Shown: positions 1 through 8,114 of the stretch, in pieces
How the letters are laid out: each line of letters opens with the position of its first letter
How positions within the stretch are numbered: position 1 is the first letter of the stretch
DNA from: Ktedonobacterales bacterium
GTDB lineage: Bacteria; Chloroflexota; Ktedonobacteria; Ktedonobacterales; JADMIN01
Assembly (NCBI GenBank): GCA_030167145.1
Contig: CP126532.1
Coordinates: forward strand, 3,840,001 to 3,872,000
Reading direction: 5' to 3'
Length of the DNA stretch: 32,000 nucleotides
The notes under the pieces: model-generated
Databases searched by the model: none
Told to the model about the DNA's origin: nothing
The model's input: only the letters and a program-made list of their open reading frames with translations
Position numbers and translations under genes: made by a program

Positions 1-651
1 GGCCGGCGGGGCGGGGGAGCGCCGGTTGGTGGCGCCACGCAGGCGGCGCGTGGGGGCGATGAGGAGGCGTCTGCATGGCGGAGCGCGTGGCGGCGGGCGC
101 GGGCCAGCACGTTCGAGCGCGGCACGCTGCTGGCGCTGGCGCTGGTGGTGATCGCTGTGCCGTTCGGCATTGGCCTGTATATGGCGTATCTGAAGCTGAA
201 GTACGGTCATCCCTTGCTCTTCCTGCACGTGCAGGAATATTTCTGGCACCGGCAAACCGTCGCGCTGTGGGAGAGCATTCCGCAGGCGATTCAGCAGTGG
301 CTGAGCCTGCCGGGCTTGAGTTTCTGGCAATCACGCGGCCTGATTGACCTCGTGCCGCTGGCGGTCTGCGCGCTGGTAGCGCTGGTGAGCATCCGGCGGC
401 TGCCGTTCGCGTTCACGCTGTATATGCTCGGTCTGATCTATCTAACAGTCCGCAGCCCGATCTTTGAGCCAGCGTATCCTGATATACTCAGTTCATCGGG
501 GCGCTTCATGCTGGCTGCGATACCCGTCTTCCTCATCCTTGGTCAGTGGACACGGCGGCGTCCCGGCCTGGAGATGCTCTTGATAAGCGGCGGATTTCTG
601 CTTCAGGCACTCTTTGCGGCTTACTTTCTGTCGGGAGGCTGGCTGGTCTGA
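1..651 (+). CDS. PIG-V-like GT-C membrane glycosyltransferase, paralog 1 (3' portion; 5' end upstream of window)
   Basis: Frame 1 has no stop from nt 1 to TGA 649-651, so listed ORF 145..651 is only the tail. The C-terminus aligns by eye with the next two genes (RRLPFAFTLYMLGLIYL vs RRMPFAFTLYMLGLLYL; GGFLLQALFAAYFL vs SGFLLQAVLLANFL vs GGFMLQALFAVYFL). Confidence 0.7.
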   Translation, partial: GRRGGGAPVGGATQAARGGDEEASAWRSAWRRARASTFERGTLLALALVVIAVPFGIGLYMAYLKLKYGHPLLFLHVQEYFWHRQTVALWESIPQAIQQWLSLPGLSFWQSRGLIDLVPLAVCALVALVSIRRLPFAFTLYMLGLIYLTVRSPIFEPAYPDILSSSGRFMLAAIPVFLILGQWTRRRPGLEMLLISGGFLLQALFAAYFLSGGWLV

Positions 652-1937
652 TGGGTGGTGACAACCGCATCGTGGTGGGCGTGCGGGGGGCGCGTGAGCG
701 TCTCTGGCGCGGTTGGCGCATGCCGCCGACGCACGGGCGTCTGCTAGACGCCCCTACGGGTGGCGCGCCGCCGCTGATGTGGAGGGCGATTGCGAAAGAG
801 GCGGCAGTCTATTGGCTGGCGAGCCGCGCGCTGCTGCTGGTCTTCACCTGGGTCGCGTTCTTGGTCGGTGTCCCCGCCGCGCAGGGCCAGCCCACCAGCG
901 ATCCCGCGCTGCTGCTGCACGCCTGGCTGCATTGGGATGGCTATTGGTACGAGGGCATCGCGCGGCTGGGCTATTGGAATGGGCAGTCAACCGCGTTCTT
1001 TCCGCTCTATCCGTTGCTCATCGGCGCGGGGACGTTGCTGATTGGCGAGCAGAATCGCTGGTTTGCGGCGCTGCTGGTGGCGAACCTTGGCACGCTGGCG
1101 GCGTTCATCGGCATGGCGCTGTTGGCGGCCAATGAGTACGGCGCGCGGACGGCAGTCGGCACACTGCGCGCACTGGTGGTGTATCCCGCCGCGTTCTTTC
1201 TCGCCGCGCCCTATACCGAGGGCATTTTTCTTGGCTGCGCCGCGTTCGGCCTGCTCTTTGCGCGACGCGGCGCGTGGGGTTGGGCGGCGCTCTGCGTGTT
1301 GCTGGCGTGCCTCACCCGAATCACCGGCGTGATTCTAATTTTGCCGCTGGTGTGGGAGTTCGTCCGCCAGCAACGGCAGACTGGCCTGCCAGCGGATCGG
1401 CGGGGACGCTGGCGAGCGCTGGCGACGCTGGCGATGGTGGCATGCGCGGGGCCGCTGGGCATCGGCGTCTACATGCTATATCTCTGGGGCAGGTTCGGCA
1501 ACCCTACGATCTTTCTCAGCGTGGAGCAGGTGTACTGGGGGCACAACACGACGCCATTGTGGGATTCGCTGGCGCTTGCCGCCGCACGCTACGGCGCGAT
1601 CCCGCCATGGACGATGTCGCATGCGCTGATGTTGATCGAGGTGAGCGCGCTGCTGATCTTCGCAGTCTTCACGCTGGTGACAATGCGCCGTATGCCGTTT
1701 GCGTTTACGCTGTATATGCTGGGTCTGTTGTATCTCTGCGTCTCGTCGCCGATTCTCAAAGTTCCCGACATCTATCAATCGTCCGCGCGCTATCTGATCG
1801 TCGGCGCGCCGTTCTTCGTGCTGCTGGGGCGTGAGATGCAGTGCCGCCCATGGCTGGATTTCTTGGTGGTGTGTAGCGGCTTCTTGTTGCAGGCGGTGCT
1901 GCTGGCGAACTTTCTGGCGGGGAACTGGGTGTTATGA
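651..1937 (+). CDS. PIG-V-like GT-C membrane mannosyltransferase-family protein, paralog 2
   Basis: Multi-TM protein with the HWDGYWYEGIARLGY...FFPLYPLL motif typical of the PIG-V mannosyltransferase family. ATG 651 overlaps the paralog-1 stop (TGATG). The track's GTG 546 start overlaps the upstream gene. Alternative start is ATG 777 (MWRAIAKE), which would leave REP-like copy A intergenic. Confidence 0.8.
   Translation: MGGDNRIVVGVRGARERLWRGWRMPPTHGRLLDAPTGGAPPLMWRAIAKEAAVYWLASRALLLVFTWVAFLVGVPAAQGQPTSDPALLLHAWLHWDGYWYEGIARLGYWNGQSTAFFPLYPLLIGAGTLLIGEQNRWFAALLVANLGTLAAFIGMALLAANEYGARTAVGTLRALVVYPAAFFLAAPYTEGIFLGCAAFGLLFARRGAWGWAALCVLLACLTRITGVILILPLVWEFVRQQRQTGLPADRRGRWRALATLAMVACAGPLGIGVYMLYLWGRFGNPTIFLSVEQVYWGHNTTPLWDSLALAAARYGAIPPWTMSHALMLIEVSALLIFAVFTLVTMRRMPFAFTLYMLGLLYLCVSSPILKVPDIYQSSARYLIVGAPFFVLLGREMQCRPWLDFLVVCSGFLLQAVLLANFLAGNWVL
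735..758 (+). repeat. REP-like hairpin+CTACG element, copy A
   Basis: GGGCGTC-TGCTA-GACGCCC-CTACG: perfect 7-bp stem, 5-nt loop, CTACG tail. Confidence 0.6.
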
Positions 1938-3298
1938 GCGAACACATGCCGCCGCGCAGGCAGGTCACGCTGGCGACGGCGCAGGCGGCGACGTATCGCT
2001 GGCTGAGCGCGGGTCGTGCGGCGCTGCACTGCGTGCGGGCGGCGATCAGCGCGCCGGAGCATCGCTGGCGCGCGGTGGCGCTGCGGGCGGGGGTATTCTG
2101 GCTCATCACGCGCTTCGTGCTGCTGGGGCTTACCTACTACGCGCTGGTCTTCCGCCCACACGTCCCCGTGGAACAGGTGATTCCGTCACGGCTACTCTAT
2201 GCTGCCTGGTTGCATGGAGATGCATCGGGCTATCTAGCCATCGCGGCACATGGCTACGAGACGCCGCACCTCAGCGCGTTCTTGCCGCTGTATCCGTTGC
2301 TGGCGCGGGTCGGAGCTATCTTCGCGGGCGGTTCTGTCGCGGCGGGGGCGCTGCTGGTGAGCCAGCTCGCGGCGCTGGCGGCGTTCATCGCGCTGGCGCT
2401 GCTGGCGGCTGATCTACGCCCTGGCACATCTCCGGCGCGGGCGCTGGCGGTGTTCGTGGCGTATCCCTTTGCGTTCATGCTGGCCGCCGCCACCAATGAT
2501 GCCCTGTTCGTCGCACTAGTTGCCGGTGTGCTGCTGCTGGCGCGGCTTGGTCGCTGGCGCTGGGCGGCGGTCTGCGCGTTCCTGGCGGGATTGACGGCGC
2601 TGCCCGCGCTGGCGTTGGTGATTCCGATGGTGTGGATGTATGGACAGCGGCGGCAGTGGTGGCGCGCGGACTATTGGCGTGGGTGTCAGTGGTGGCGTAT
2701 CGCGGAGGGTGTCCGCCGGACACCCCTACGCAATGAAAGGGCGGACATTCCTGTCTGCGCCACTGTCTGGCGTGCGCCCCTGGAGATGGCAATGGTGGCG
2801 CTGGCCGTGCCCGCCGCGCTGGCGGTGTATGCGCTCTACTGTTGGGTGCGCTTCGGCAATGCGCTCGTCTTCGTTGGCGCGCAATCGGCGGCGCTGGGCC
2901 ACGGCATCTTTGATGTGCGCCCGTTCTTCGCGCTCACGTGGTCGGCGCTGACGGGTACACTGACGCCCCCGCAGGCGCAGACGCTGGTGGGCGCAGCGCT
3001 CGTCGTGACGATGTGCGCGGCGATCATCGTCGCCGCACGGCGCGGCGACTTACCGATGGCTGACACGCTATACCTGCTCGTGCTGCTGTACCTGAGCCTC
3101 GCCGCTGCGCGTCCCGCCCAGCCGCAGCCACTCGCCGGAAGTGGAAGCGTGCTGCTGGCGGCGCTGCCGCTCTTCGTGTGGGTGGCGCGGGAGTGCGAGC
3201 GCCGCTCTTGGCTGGACCTACTTGTACTCGGCGGTGGTTTTATGCTTCAGGCGCTGTTCGCCGTGTATTTCTTAAATGGGGGTGTGCTGCGCCCTTGA
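1934..3298 (+). CDS. PIG-V-like GT-C membrane glycosyltransferase, paralog 3 (diverged)
   Basis: ATGA stop/start overlap with paralog 2 (1934-1937). Equivalent motifs are present (LHGDASGYLAIAAHGYE...FLPLYPLL), the protein is multi-TM, and the C-terminus is conserved with paralogs 1 and 2. Confidence 0.8.
   Translation: MSEHMPPRRQVTLATAQAATYRWLSAGRAALHCVRAAISAPEHRWRAVALRAGVFWLITRFVLLGLTYYALVFRPHVPVEQVIPSRLLYAAWLHGDASGYLAIAAHGYETPHLSAFLPLYPLLARVGAIFAGGSVAAGALLVSQLAALAAFIALALLAADLRPGTSPARALAVFVAYPFAFMLAAATNDALFVALVAGVLLLARLGRWRWAAVCAFLAGLTALPALALVIPMVWMYGQRRQWWRADYWRGCQWWRIAEGVRRTPLRNERADIPVCATVWRAPLEMAMVALAVPAALAVYALYCWVRFGNALVFVGAQSAALGHGIFDVRPFFALTWSALTGTLTPPQAQTLVGAALVVTMCAAIIVAARRGDLPMADTLYLLVLLYLSLAAARPAQPQPLAGSGSVLLAALPLFVWVARECERRSWLDLLVLGGGFMLQALFAVYFLNGGVLRP
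2707..2730 (+). repeat. REP-like hairpin+CTACG element, copy B (inside CDS)
   Basis: GGGTGTC-CGCCG-GACACCC-CTACG: perfect stem. 25 of 26 nt are identical to copy C including the flanking AG. Confidence 0.6.
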
Positions 3299-3451
3299 AG
3301 CGTGCGCGTCTAGGGCATGCATGCTGGATAGGTCAGCGACGCGGCACAAGCTGCTATCATATGTGACGATGCAAAGGGAGCGGCGCCGATTTGTCGTCGC
3401 TGTTCATCCCGTGATAGCATGACTCAGCACGCATGTTCAGGAGGGATTCAT

Positions 3452-4042
3452 ATGACTGTCGTTCTGCCCCAGGCGCGCACTGCCGAAATCCGTGTGCTTT
3501 TCAATGGGTATGTCGGTGGGCATGTCGCCTCGACTGTCACCTACATTCGCGACGGCGAGACGCATATCATCGTTGACCCTGGCATGGTTCCGCAGCCGGA
3601 TGCGATCCTTGGCCCGCTGAGCCAGCTCGGCGTCCCGGCTGAGGCGATTACTGACGTGATCTTCTCGCACCACCATCCCGATCACACGCTCAACGCCGCA
3701 CTCTTTCCCAACGCTCGCTTTCATGACCACTGGGCCATTTACCAGGGCGACCTGTGGACCAGCCGGGAAGCGGAGGGCTATGCGGTGAGTCCGTGCGTGT
3801 GCCTGGCGGAGACGCCAGGGCATACCCCGCAGGACATCACCACGCTGATCGGCACGGCGGAGGGGATCGTTGCCTGTACGCATCTGTGGTGGGCGGCGAC
3901 TGGGCCAGCCGAGGATCCGTTGGCTACCGATTCACAGGCGCTGCATCGCGAGCGTGCGCGCATTCTGGAGATTGCCGACCTGAAGCTGATTATTCCGGGT
4001 CACGGCGCGCCGTTCGCGCCCACCGCGCAGACGCCGCGCTAG
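3452..4042 (+). CDS. MBL-fold metallo-hydrolase
   Basis: HxHxDH zinc motif (FSHHHPDHTLN). Downstream His/Asp residues (ETPGHTPQD, IPGHG) are present. AGGAGGG Shine-Dalgarno lies 6 nt before ATG 3452, which I prefer over the listed 3419 start. Confidence 0.8.
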   Translation: MTVVLPQARTAEIRVLFNGYVGGHVASTVTYIRDGETHIIVDPGMVPQPDAILGPLSQLGVPAEAITDVIFSHHHPDHTLNAALFPNARFHDHWAIYQGDLWTSREAEGYAVSPCVCLAETPGHTPQDITTLIGTAEGIVACTHLWWAATGPAEDPLATDSQALHRERARILEIADLKLIIPGHGAPFAPTAQTPR

Positions 4043-4049
4043 GCGCGCA

Positions 4050-4073
4050 GGGTGTCCGCCGGACGCCCCTACG
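4050..4073 (+). repeat. REP-like hairpin+CTACG element, copy C
   Basis: GGGTGTC-CGCCG-GACGCCC-CTACG with one T.G (U.G) wobble. It lies between the convergent MBL and nth genes. Confidence 0.6.
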
Positions 4074-4091
4074 ATGGGATGGATGATGGAG

Positions 4092-4820
4092 CTAGGCTTT
4101 GGCGCGCTTGCTGCGTGCGGGGGCCGTGGCGGGCGCGGCCTGGGTTGTCGCGCTGGCGCTGGTGTTGGCTTGGCCCGTCGGGCAGAGCGGCACCAGCGAA
4201 CACTGCTCGCAGAGCGGCTTGCGCGCCTGGCAGATGGCCCGTCCGTGGTAGATCAGCATGTGCGAGAGGTCGAGCCAGTCGGATTGGGGCAGCAGCGCCA
4301 TCAGGTCTTGCTCCACTTTCACCGGGTCTTCGCTCTCCGTCAGGCCAAGCCGCCGCGCGATACGCCCGACATGGGTATCCACCACGACGCCCTCGACGAT
4401 GCCGTAGGCGTTGCCCATCACCACGTTCGCCGTCTTGCGCGCCACCCCCGGCAACTGAATCAGTTGCGCCATCTCACGCGGCACCTCGCCGTTGAAGCGC
4501 TCGACCAGTATCATTCCCGCCGCGCGAATATTCTTGGCTTTGTTGCGGTAGAATCCAGTCTGCTTGACATCCTGCTCCAGTTCTTCGGGCGCGGCGTTGG
4601 CGTAGTCGGCGGCGGTGCGGTACTTCTTGAAGAGCTTCGCTGTGACTTGATTGACGCGCTCGTCGGTGCATTGCGCCGAAAGGATCGTCGCCACCAGCAG
4701 TTCCAGTGGCGTCGTGAAGTCGAGCGAGCATTTGGCGTCGGGGTAGAGCGTGCGTAGCTCGGCCATGATGGCACGGGCGCGCTGCTGCTCGGCGGCTGAT
4801 GGCGTGGATGGCTCAGGCAT
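4092..4820 (-). CDS. nth: Endonuclease III (DNA glycosylase/AP lyase)
   Basis: HhH motif LPGVARKTANVV, catalytic-Asp region VDTHV, and a C-x6-C-x2-C-x5-C [4Fe-4S] ligand set (CQARKPLCEQCSLVPLC). GGGAG Shine-Dalgarno lies 6 nt before ATG 4820. The upstream 357 codons of listed ORF 4092..5891 are an antisense artefact. Confidence 0.93.
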   Translation of the reverse strand: MPEPSTPSAAEQQRARAIMAELRTLYPDAKCSLDFTTPLELLVATILSAQCTDERVNQVTAKLFKKYRTAADYANAAPEELEQDVKQTGFYRNKAKNIRAAGMILVERFNGEVPREMAQLIQLPGVARKTANVVMGNAYGIVEGVVVDTHVGRIARRLGLTESEDPVKVEQDLMALLPQSDWLDLSHMLIYHGRAICQARKPLCEQCSLVPLCPTGQANTSASATTQAAPATAPARSKRAKA

Positions 4821-4846
4821 GAAATGCTCCCAATGAAAAATGGACG

Positions 4847-7800
4847 CTAGCGGAAGAAAATTGCCGCCAAATGCGACAGGATGATATCGGGTGCGATCAA
4901 GGCGAGGTGCGAGCCGATGAAGCTCGGCGTCCACTGGGCCTGGTGCGCGGGCAGCGTTGCCTCGAAGTACCAGAAGAAGGTACGAATGGCGCTGACCACG
5001 AGGAAGACCAGCAAGAGCATACGCCCAATCTGCTCTGGTGTCGAGAAGACGCGCACACCGTTGATGCGGTCCAGCACGATGGGCAGATGGCTCAGCCAGA
5101 GGCCCACCACGTAGAGACCGTAGGCGGGGACAATGCACATGGCGGGCAGCACGCTCGCCGCTTCGATGGCGCCGGTAGGCGTGCCAACGGCGACGCTGGC
5201 GACCAGCGGCAGGGCGGTCAACAGCAGCAGCGCCAGGGACTCGAAGCGCCGCCAGCGCACGACGATGACGAGCAGGCCGATGAAGAAGAACGGCCCCAAC
5301 AGCAGCGGAATGATGGGCGCGCCGCCTACGGCTGGGTACCCGGCGGTGTAGTCCTGAGATACCAGCACATTCAGCACATCGGCAATATTGCGCGCCACCA
5401 CGACCCAGAAGGGTGGCGAGAGCGGTGTGGGGCCAATGCCGGGCAGCACGGTGGTTTTGGCGAGAAAGGAGCTGCCAGGCGCGAAGCCAATCACGCGGTT
5501 CAGGTACTGCCAGATCACCGGACTGCCGACAATCAGGGTCGTCACGACCAGGGCGATCAAGCCTTCGCGCGGCACCGTGCGTCCTTTGGGGCGCCGCAGG
5601 TGCCACATCCCCAAGAATCCTGCGACGATCAGTGGCACCAACCAAAGCCCCGGCGCGAGATCGCACGCCAGGCCGGTACACACGCCGCTGAGGATGAAGT
5701 AGAGCATTCTGCGCCGCGCCAGTGGGATGGAGGGCACGCGCAGCCGCTCGGCGAGTGGCGTTGAGGTGGTACGCGCACGATACAGCGGCGTCTCGCGCTC
5801 TTCGCGCGCCGACGTCTGCGCCTGCGAGGCTGACTGCGCGCCGCGTGGCTGTGAGCGCAGCGCTAGCAGTAGCCAGTAGAGCGCCATGCACATCAGCAGC
5901 GGCAGCACTACCAACTCCATGCCAGAGCGGCTGAGCGAGACGTGCCAGTGCGAGGTGGCGGCCAGGAGCGCCGCCAGAATCGCCACCGGACGTGTGCCAG
6001 GAAATTTGCCCTGGCGCATGATCTCGAAGGTCAGCAGATAGATGGCGATGACGGTGAGCGAGCCGAAGATGGCAGAGGGCAGCAGCACGGCGAAGGGTGT
6101 GCGCCCGAAGATCTGCACCAGCAGCGCTTGCAAGGCGTCGAACGGGCCGTGCAGACCCTGCGGGTCGGCCAGCCCCAGGCGCAGATCGCTGCCGACCTGC
6201 GCCAGCACGCTCGCCTCGTTGCTGCCCGCCGGTATGGTTGAGAAGATGTTGCCGAGCCGGATCAAGCGCAGCAGCGCCGCCACCACGACGATCAGCACCA
6301 CCATCACACGCTCCCAGAAGATGGGCCGCTGCGTCAATCCCTGACCGAGCATGCCGAGATAGCGGCGGACGACCTGGGACCAGCCGCTCTCATACGGGGC
6401 GGCGCGCAACAAGAGCAATGGCCCGAAGGCCACCATGATCTCGAAGAACTGCACGAACAGGTCATGCGCGAGGTCAGATTCGTTCACGAACAGGAAGTTG
6501 CCAACGGCGTAGGTCAGCAGTGCGCCGAGCGCCAGAATCGTGCCCTGCCGCCGGACAAACGGCTCTCTGGCGAGCGCTGCTAGTGGGATAAGCCACGTCA
6601 CGTACCAGGGTTGGAACCAAAAGGTGATGAGCAGCAGCGCGGCAAAGGTGATTTTGGCGGCGGCGGTCAGCACGTCGTGCAGGGTCATCTTGCGGCCCAT
6701 GCTCCAGAGCCGCGTCGTTTGCATGTAGGCATAGATGAAGAAGAGCGCGTAGAAGATGAGGCGCAAGGTCTTATCCAGCGCCGCATCCTGGCTGGATGGT
6801 ACGACAATCTGGAGCGGACCGGAGATGAAGCCGACGATGGAGCTATTGTAGTAGAGCGGGCGCAGTTGCTGACCCAGACCGGTGAAGGTGCTGAGGCCGT
6901 GCCAGTAGGGCGCATAAGCGAGGATCGTCAGCGGGAGCCCAATCAGCGCTACGGGCGTCAGCAGCGCGAGCACGTCGCGCGGGTTCACCTGGCGCACGGT
7001 GGCTGCCGCGCCGCGAATCCACGCGCCGACCACTGCGGGGAGGCCTTCGGGGGATTCGGTCTCGCTTTCGTCTTCTACTTCAGACGCCGTCTCTTCCGGC
7101 GTGGCTCGCGCGATGCGCCGGCGTAGCTCGTAGACGAACCAGAGTGGTAGGAAGATGATCGAAACGTATTTGATGAGCGCACCGATCACGAAGAAGAAGA
7201 CTGCCCAGCGCGGGTGGTCGCGGCGCATCAACTCGAATGCCGCCAGCACGCAGACCATCATCACCAGATCGTTGTGGGCGTTGCCGATGGAATCGAAGAG
7301 AATCAACGGGCACCAGCCGACCAGCGCCGCCACACGCAGGCGGCGCTCCGGGCAAACCGCGCGCGCCAGCAGATCTACCAGCCAGATGGTGAGCGCGAGA
7401 GCCACGAAGCCGATGAGCTTGTACGCCAGCATATTCGCCAGCAGATCTTCGCCGCCCAGCGCGGAGATGGCCCATGTCACCAGCAGCCACAGCGGGCCAT
7501 ATGGCGAGGGCGGGCGATCTACGGAGAGGCCGCCGGGCAGCAGTGAGGCCGGATTGGTCATCGGGTTCTGGTGCAGATGGGCCTGGATGTAGCCACGCGC
7601 GACGTAGCCGTAGAGGTCGGTGGTGGTGACGGGCTGCATCCAAATCATCACCGCCGCGAAGGCAAGCGGCAAGAAGAGGATCAGCGCCCGCACGAAGCGG
7701 TCACGGCGCGATGCGGGACCAATCTGCCGCACCTTGCCGCCGGCGAGCATGGCGACGAACTGGCAGGCGAAGAGCAGCACAATCGCCGTCACGAAGCCGA

Positions 7801-8110
7801 TGGCGGCGAAGGGGCTGTAGCCGGTGATGCGCCCCATATCGTTGATGTTATTGGCGAGGTCGGAGGTATGAGGATGGTTCCACCAGGTGGTGAGCGGAAA
7901 GGCGAGGACGAAGCCCATGTAAATGAGGATCGAGACCGCGCCCGCGCCGAGTACTAGCCACTGCGGCGCGATACCACGGAAGCGATGGGCGACGGCATCT
8001 TCGGAGCGCGGATTGAAACCAGGGATCGGCGGCGCACTGCCAAAGAAGCCAGCGCGCTGTTTTGTCTCGTCGCCCTCATGCACTCGTGCCGGGGCCGCGC
8101 TGTTCTTCAT
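4847..8110 (-). CDS. Two-module GT-C membrane glycosyltransferase fusion (N: MptA/MptB-like; C: ArnT/PMT-like)
   Basis: More than 20 predicted TM segments. The N half carries TTDLYGYVARGY...NP...SPYGPLW and GNAHNDLVMM, which resemble mycobacterial MptA/B-type motifs. The C half (from about nt 6330 downward) carries LRLIRLG...NEASVLAQ...FGRTPFAVLLPSAIFGSLTVIAIY, resembling the ArnT/PMT_2 N-terminal region. ATG 8110 lies 4 nt after the upstream stop; the alternative start is 8140. Confidence 0.8.
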   Translation of the reverse strand: MKNSAAPARVHEGDETKQRAGFFGSAPPIPGFNPRSEDAVAHRFRGIAPQWLVLGAGAVSILIYMGFVLAFPLTTWWNHPHTSDLANNINDMGRITGYSPFAAIGFVTAIVLLFACQFVAMLAGGKVRQIGPASRRDRFVRALILFLPLAFAAVMIWMQPVTTTDLYGYVARGYIQAHLHQNPMTNPASLLPGGLSVDRPPSPYGPLWLLVTWAISALGGEDLLANMLAYKLIGFVALALTIWLVDLLARAVCPERRLRVAALVGWCPLILFDSIGNAHNDLVMMVCVLAAFELMRRDHPRWAVFFFVIGALIKYVSIIFLPLWFVYELRRRIARATPEETASEVEDESETESPEGLPAVVGAWIRGAAATVRQVNPRDVLALLTPVALIGLPLTILAYAPYWHGLSTFTGLGQQLRPLYYNSSIVGFISGPLQIVVPSSQDAALDKTLRLIFYALFFIYAYMQTTRLWSMGRKMTLHDVLTAAAKITFAALLLITFWFQPWYVTWLIPLAALAREPFVRRQGTILALGALLTYAVGNFLFVNESDLAHDLFVQFFEIMVAFGPLLLLRAAPYESGWSQVVRRYLGMLGQGLTQRPIFWERVMVVLIVVVAALLRLIRLGNIFSTIPAGSNEASVLAQVGSDLRLGLADPQGLHGPFDALQALLVQIFGRTPFAVLLPSAIFGSLTVIAIYLLTFEIMRQGKFPGTRPVAILAALLAATSHWHVSLSRSGMELVVLPLLMCMALYWLLLALRSQPRGAQSASQAQTSAREERETPLYRARTTSTPLAERLRVPSIPLARRRMLYFILSGVCTGLACDLAPGLWLVPLIVAGFLGMWHLRRPKGRTVPREGLIALVVTTLIVGSPVIWQYLNRVIGFAPGSSFLAKTTVLPGIGPTPLSPPFWVVVARNIADVLNVLVSQDYTAGYPAVGGAPIIPLLLGPFFFIGLLVIVVRWRRFESLALLLLTALPLVASVAVGTPTGAIEAASVLPAMCIVPAYGLYVVGLWLSHLPIVLDRINGVRVFSTPEQIGRMLLLVFLVVSAIRTFFWYFEATLPAHQAQWTPSFIGSHLALIAPDIILSHLAAIFFR

Positions 8111-8114
8111 TACC

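Noticed and set aside
4821-5891. N-terminal 357 codons of listed 599-aa ORF 4092..5891 (-)
   Set aside because: Arg/Ala/Gly-rich sequence with no recognisable fold. It lies off-frame on the same strand, within the 3' end of the well-supported 1087-aa membrane protein gene. Endonuclease III homology begins exactly at ATG 4820, which has its own Shine-Dalgarno.
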